A stretch of 64,000 bases of DNA from an uncultured Methanocellales archaeon. Lineage in GTDB: Archaea; Halobacteriota; JAWCLZ01. The notes below the pieces were generated by a model, which was given only the letters and a program-made list of their open reading frames with translations, had not been told where the DNA came from and ran no database searches. Below, piece by piece: positions 60,138 to 64,000 of this stretch. The stretch is taken from positions 26,647 to 90,646 of the forward strand of contig CAZVYP010000001.1 of NCBI GenBank assembly GCA_964631075.1, given 5' to 3'. Both the position numbers and the translations under genes were made by a program. Each line of letters opens with the position of its first letter. Positions within the stretch are counted from its first letter, which is position 1.

Positions 60138-60722
60138 TCACCTCAGTTTTCTCCACCAGAATTTCTCCGGTACAGGAAACGGGAGCACTGCCTCGCCGTA
60201 TTTTTTAAGCACCTCTCCGGCGTTAGCCTTTAAAGTGCCATCATTTTCTTCGAGGCGTTTTTCGAGCATGGAGATGTCTCTTTTGCCTTTTATTTCGTCC
60301 AGCTCAAACTGAATCCTGTCTCTGATTTCAAGCAGATGCAAATGAGTTTCAGGCTCGTTTTTGAGAAGGTATTTCATCAGCGTCTCATATTTATTTACCA
60401 GTCTGATGAGGTCGTGCTCAAGAGCGTTCAGATATCCCTCGCTATCCCTGCTCACTATTTTGATGAACTGCGAGTCAAGCTTTTTAACACTCTCTTTCAG
60501 GTTTTTAAGGCGAAGGTCGTGCTGGTAAGGAAATTTGATGAGGTAGTTAAGCATCAGCCTGAGCTCTTTGAATTTTAAAATCACAGTACCGAGTGCTTCG
60601 CAGTCAAATTGGACTGAAATCTCACCAAGTGCTTCTTCATAGCTATTCACATAGTCGTCAACTATCCACATTAATTCTTCATAGGTTGCGGTCATTTTAC
60701 GATCCCTTTGTTGAACTGCCAT
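60138..60722 (-). CDS. Hypothetical helical protein
   Basis: 194-aa ORF, predicted all-helical, no recognised motifs. Overlaps neighbours by a few nt. Confidence 0.3.
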   Translation of the reverse strand: MAVQQRDRKMTATYEELMWIVDDYVNSYEEALGEISVQFDCEALGTVILKFKELRLMLNYLIKFPYQHDLRLKNLKESVKKLDSQFIKIVSRDSEGYLNALEHDLIRLVNKYETLMKYLLKNEPETHLHLLEIRDRIQFELDEIKGKRDISMLEKRLEENDGTLKANAGEVLKKYGEAVLPFPVPEKFWWRKLR

Positions 60723-61869
60723 ATTTTGGATTCAATATATTTTTATTGACAACCGCGCCTGCTTTGATGATTACTTCTGGCCAGATCGACACTGAGTGCA
60801 CTGTGACCCCCCTCTCAATTATAACTCTTGGCCCGATTACGGTTCCATTCTCAAGAGTTGTGTTCTCCTCAACAGCAGTGTTATCGTCGATGATTGTGCC
60901 GGAAATTGCGGCACCGCTGCCAATCTTAACTCCAGTATAGAAATATGATGAGAGAATCTGAGTGTTATCTCCGATTTCACAGTTTGAGCCAATTGAGGTA
61001 TAAGGTCCTATAAGCACATTTTTGCCTATTTTTGTATCATTGCCTACCACTACCGGACCTACAACTTCCGACTCTTTTCCAATCGAAATATTGTGACCGA
61101 GCTGCAATGGCCCTTTGATTCTGGCATTTTCGATATCTACAGTTCCGCTTATCTCGGTAGCAGCGAGGTGCTCCAGCATCCATCTGCATGCCTCCCGATA
61201 CGAAGCCGCGCTGCCGATATCTGTCCAGTGTCCACGGGCAAGCCAGCCGGTAATTTTCTCGCCTTTTTTTATCAGCTTCGGGAACAGCTCGCGGGCGAAG
61301 TCAAACCTGCCCTCTGGAATTAAGTCTAGCACCTCGGGGTTGCATGCATAAATGCCTGTGCTGGCAAGATTGCTGAATATCTGCCCGATCTCAGGTTTCT
61401 CGGTGAATCTTCTGATCTCATATTTGACATTTAAATCAACAATACCGTAGTGGCGTGGGTCGTCTATGCAGACCAGGGCTATTGAAATTAAATTACCTTT
61501 CTCCTTATGGAAGTCCATGAACTCACGCAGGTTTAAGTCCAGCACGTGGTCTCCACCAACGACGAGAAAAGGTCCATCATCGAGATAGCGACTGGCATTT
61601 TTGACGCTTCCAGCGGTGCCTAGTTTCTCTTTTTCATAAGAATAATTTGTGCTCACCCCGAAGAGAGACCCATCGCCGAGATATGCCTCGATTTGCTCCC
61701 CCTGATAGCCAAGTGTGGCTACAATTTCATCGAAGCCTTTCACGGATAAATGCTCAACCAGATGCACAATAGATGGCTTGTTCAAAATTGGTATGGCTGG
61801 TTTAGGTCTCTCAAACGTCAGAGGTCTGAGGCGAGTTCCCACACCGCCGCACATAATGCACGCCTTCAT
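60697..61869 (-). CDS. Sugar-1-phosphate nucleotidyltransferase with C-terminal left-handed beta-helix (NDP-sugar synthase)
   Basis: N-terminus ACIMCGGVGTRLRPLTFERPKPAIPILNKP (NTP_transferase G-rich loop). C-terminal hexapeptide repeats (IGKNVLIGPYTSIGSNCEIGDNT...). Confidence 0.8.
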   Translation of the reverse strand: MKACIMCGGVGTRLRPLTFERPKPAIPILNKPSIVHLVEHLSVKGFDEIVATLGYQGEQIEAYLGDGSLFGVSTNYSYEKEKLGTAGSVKNASRYLDDGPFLVVGGDHVLDLNLREFMDFHKEKGNLISIALVCIDDPRHYGIVDLNVKYEIRRFTEKPEIGQIFSNLASTGIYACNPEVLDLIPEGRFDFARELFPKLIKKGEKITGWLARGHWTDIGSAASYREACRWMLEHLAATEISGTVDIENARIKGPLQLGHNISIGKESEVVGPVVVGNDTKIGKNVLIGPYTSIGSNCEIGDNTQILSSYFYTGVKIGSGAAISGTIIDDNTAVEENTTLENGTVIGPRVIIERGVTVHSVSIWPEVIIKAGAVVNKNILNPKYGSSTKGS

Positions 61870-61884
61870 TTTTATTTCTGCCTC

Positions 61885-63993
61885 CTAAAGTATCTCCTGA
61901 AAGTTAATATATGGATCGCACCATTGCGACCACCACTGCACTGGATTTTTCATAGGTATAAGGTCGTTTTCTGAGCTGAAGAGCTCGCTATTATATAAAA
62001 TGGCACTCTCGCTCATCTGATGCTCCAGGTTTGAAATCAATATTTGCTTTATCGTTTCAAATTCTCCAGTCTTTTGAAGCAGATGAGTTAAATAGGGTGT
62101 ATCCCTTGGCCACACTACTGCTTCGTGATACTGATCATCGTCGAAGTAAACCCTTTTGCCGGAGTTTTTAACGATGACTCCGAAGGGTCTCTCGTTTCTA
62201 TTAGCAAGTAGCTCAAGTTTAACATTTTTCATAAAAGCATTAATTTCCGCTTCGGAAAATACGTTTAAATCAGATAGCAATGCCATAGCAACCAGAGATG
62301 GCGAGCCCATAACCGGATCTTTTTTTCCATCAATTGTGACAGCATTAAAGAGTCTATCGTCTCTCCAGAATGTTTCCCTGTAACTTTGAACTGCTCTCAC
62401 CAGCAACTCCAAGCAGCCCTCTCTCAACGCTTCATTCCTAGCAGGTGCAAGCTTTGAGATCTCGAGCATCGCTGCCAGCGTTCTAATCCACTGCGCATTT
62501 ATCTCGGGAAGGAAAAATTTTGGCTTTGAAGCTTCTTGCTCAGCATTTTTGCCAGTCTCGCGTATAAGCTTTACAGCGAATTCATCCGAAAGCCGGGCTG
62601 GCATTAACGCAGATGTCCCATCAACGTTATGCCATCTTCTGCTATCTGTCCATGAATGCCATGCCGAGGCTGAAAGTAAACCATTTTGATTCAAAACCGG
62701 TGCTCCATTTACCATATCGAGCTCTGCATTCAAATAGCCCTTAAAAGTGTGTCTCGCGGCTTTTAAAATCAGGCCAGCAAGTTCTTTGTCTCCCGTTATC
62801 TTCAGGTGCTCTCCAGCGACAATGTACATCAAAAGGGTTGAATCTGCGCTGTTGTAGTCCACCTCACCGTATGGGGAAATTCTATTGGGCAGCTGACCCT
62901 GTGCATTCAGAGTGTTAAGGGAGTAAAGGAGGATATTTTTAATATCATTATGTTTTTTCAGAATATGCAGTGTTTTGAGATTTCCAAGCAAGCCTTCATA
63001 GACATCCCTGAACCAGATATTGCGGAACCAGAAGTCTCCCGCTTCCGGTATCTTCACCTGCTCAGAGTACATACCGAAGCCCAGCATAGCCAGTGCCCTA
63101 AGAATGACGTCTCGCGATGTCTCTTTTGAGTTGATTTTCAAATCAAGCTTTTTCATCACTTCTTCAGCTATGTTTTGCTCGGCTTTTTCGTTAGCTTCAT
63201 ATTCACGGCTTGCTTTTTCATATAAATTAATCGCATTCTCTCTCGAGCTGCTGCACGTAATTATCAAAAGTGTTGCTTTGTTGTCTTTAAAAGAAAACTC
63301 TAGTTCACCAAGGGAAACGATCTCTCTCCCCTCACCTCTGAACCGTATCTCGCCATCTCTGTGCTCTCTGAATCCGGATCCAAGCTTGTAATACCACCAG
63401 CTGCTCTCATTCCACTCCCTGATTTTAGGAGTCGAATTGCTCGCTCCGATCAAAATGCACTTCTCATCCCTCAAGATTCTCAATCTATTATCATCCACAG
63501 CTCCCTGATGAGCTCCTGGATTCGAGGGCTCGTACATATGGCGTATATCAGCATACGGCTCAACATCTATGGAAAGGTCTTCTACAGGCTGAGAAGTCTC
63601 AAGAGTAACCAGAATTCTTGCAGCAGTGCCATTTGCCTCTTCAAAGCGCAGCAAATAATAGTCCACTTTGAGATCGAATCCATCTCCTTCGTAGCGATAA
63701 ACTGCCTTCCAGGGATAAAGTAATACAGAGCCACTTCTCAAGGGTAGATACTTACCAGCCTTTTTTATCCCGATTGCAATTCCATCAAGGAACTTCCAGT
63801 TCTGCCCGTCAACGAGCATGTGAAGTCCCTGATAAGGATAATCTCGATTGGGAATTACCTTATCCTCAAAAGTGCAGGAAAAAATTGACTGCGACCAGGT
63901 AGCCTGCGGGCGCTTCAGCACAGCTTGCTTCAAGCGCGCGCCGCCATAGCTCATGTCTTCAAAAGGCTGTAATTCTATTCCCAGGTCTTCCAC
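61885..63993 (-). CDS. Glycogen debranching enzyme-like protein (GDE_N + amylo-alpha-1,6-glucosidase six-hairpin domain)
   Basis: 702 aa. N-terminal region similar to GDE_N, C-terminal (alpha/alpha)6-barrel-like region (WFRDVYEGLLG..., WHSWTDSRRWH...). The start Met lies 7 nt from the window edge. Confidence 0.55.
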   Translation of the reverse strand: MEDLGIELQPFEDMSYGGARLKQAVLKRPQATWSQSIFSCTFEDKVIPNRDYPYQGLHMLVDGQNWKFLDGIAIGIKKAGKYLPLRSGSVLLYPWKAVYRYEGDGFDLKVDYYLLRFEEANGTAARILVTLETSQPVEDLSIDVEPYADIRHMYEPSNPGAHQGAVDDNRLRILRDEKCILIGASNSTPKIREWNESSWWYYKLGSGFREHRDGEIRFRGEGREIVSLGELEFSFKDNKATLLIITCSSSRENAINLYEKASREYEANEKAEQNIAEEVMKKLDLKINSKETSRDVILRALAMLGFGMYSEQVKIPEAGDFWFRNIWFRDVYEGLLGNLKTLHILKKHNDIKNILLYSLNTLNAQGQLPNRISPYGEVDYNSADSTLLMYIVAGEHLKITGDKELAGLILKAARHTFKGYLNAELDMVNGAPVLNQNGLLSASAWHSWTDSRRWHNVDGTSALMPARLSDEFAVKLIRETGKNAEQEASKPKFFLPEINAQWIRTLAAMLEISKLAPARNEALREGCLELLVRAVQSYRETFWRDDRLFNAVTIDGKKDPVMGSPSLVAMALLSDLNVFSEAEINAFMKNVKLELLANRNERPFGVIVKNSGKRVYFDDDQYHEAVVWPRDTPYLTHLLQKTGEFETIKQILISNLEHQMSESAILYNSELFSSENDLIPMKNPVQWWSQWCDPYINFQEIL

Positions 63994-64000
63994 AGAAGCA

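Overview
This 64-kb window looks archaeal (euryarchaeon-like, roughly 48-50% GC) and is mostly core chromosome. Supporting evidence: an archaeal histone, PGF-CTERM sorting signal, archaeal DnaG/FEN-1/Cdc6, an intron-containing tRNA, RNase P RNA, and archaeal CoA and preQ0/archaeosine pathway genes.

The backbone is the conserved transcription/translation super-operon rpoH-rpoB-rpoA'-rpoA''-L30e-nusA-S12-S7-EF2-EF1a-S10 (22.8-36.2 kb). Here rpoB is a single unsplit ~1190-aa gene with an ~80-aa insert where methanogens and halophiles split B''/B'. Other core content: aminotransferases, shikimate kinase and chorismate mutase, DnaG with a second small Toprim protein, an AMMECR1 protein, three tRNAs (Arg-TCT, Val-TAC, intron-bearing Lys-TTT), an unannotated RNase P RNA, and FEN-1. 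Further along are a KaiC-like ATPase with a CheY-like regulator, PfkA-family PFK, a DacZ-like diadenylate cyclase, a beta-CASP RNase, a PrsW-family protease, BioY, CoaBC with pantoate kinase, and Cdc6/Orc1. Cdc6 is followed by a ~600-bp AT-rich putative oriC, a thermosome 5' gene stub, and a bacterial-type grpE-dnaK-dnaJ operon. The far end carries PGK, Lrp, a queD-DUF366-queC...queE preQ0 cluster, and glycan genes (GT39, NDP-sugar synthase, debranching enzyme).

The clearly accessory part is 11.28-16.4 kb, between fen1 and kaiC. It holds an 819-bp insert bounded by perfect 37-bp direct repeats that duplicate the fen1 3' end. The insert carries a toxin-first pair: a DUF4258-like toxin and an antitoxin fusing a YgiT/MqsA-type zinc finger to an AbrB/SpoVT domain. 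Next come an intact AbiEi antitoxin with a 5'-truncated AbiEii toxin stub, a DUF3795 Cys-rich protein, a TfoX_N/YjbR-like protein, and a wHTH-MNT/HEPN pair. I found no CRISPR arrays, rRNA or transposases. All identifications rest on reading the translated ORFs and nucleotide motifs by eye; no database search was possible.
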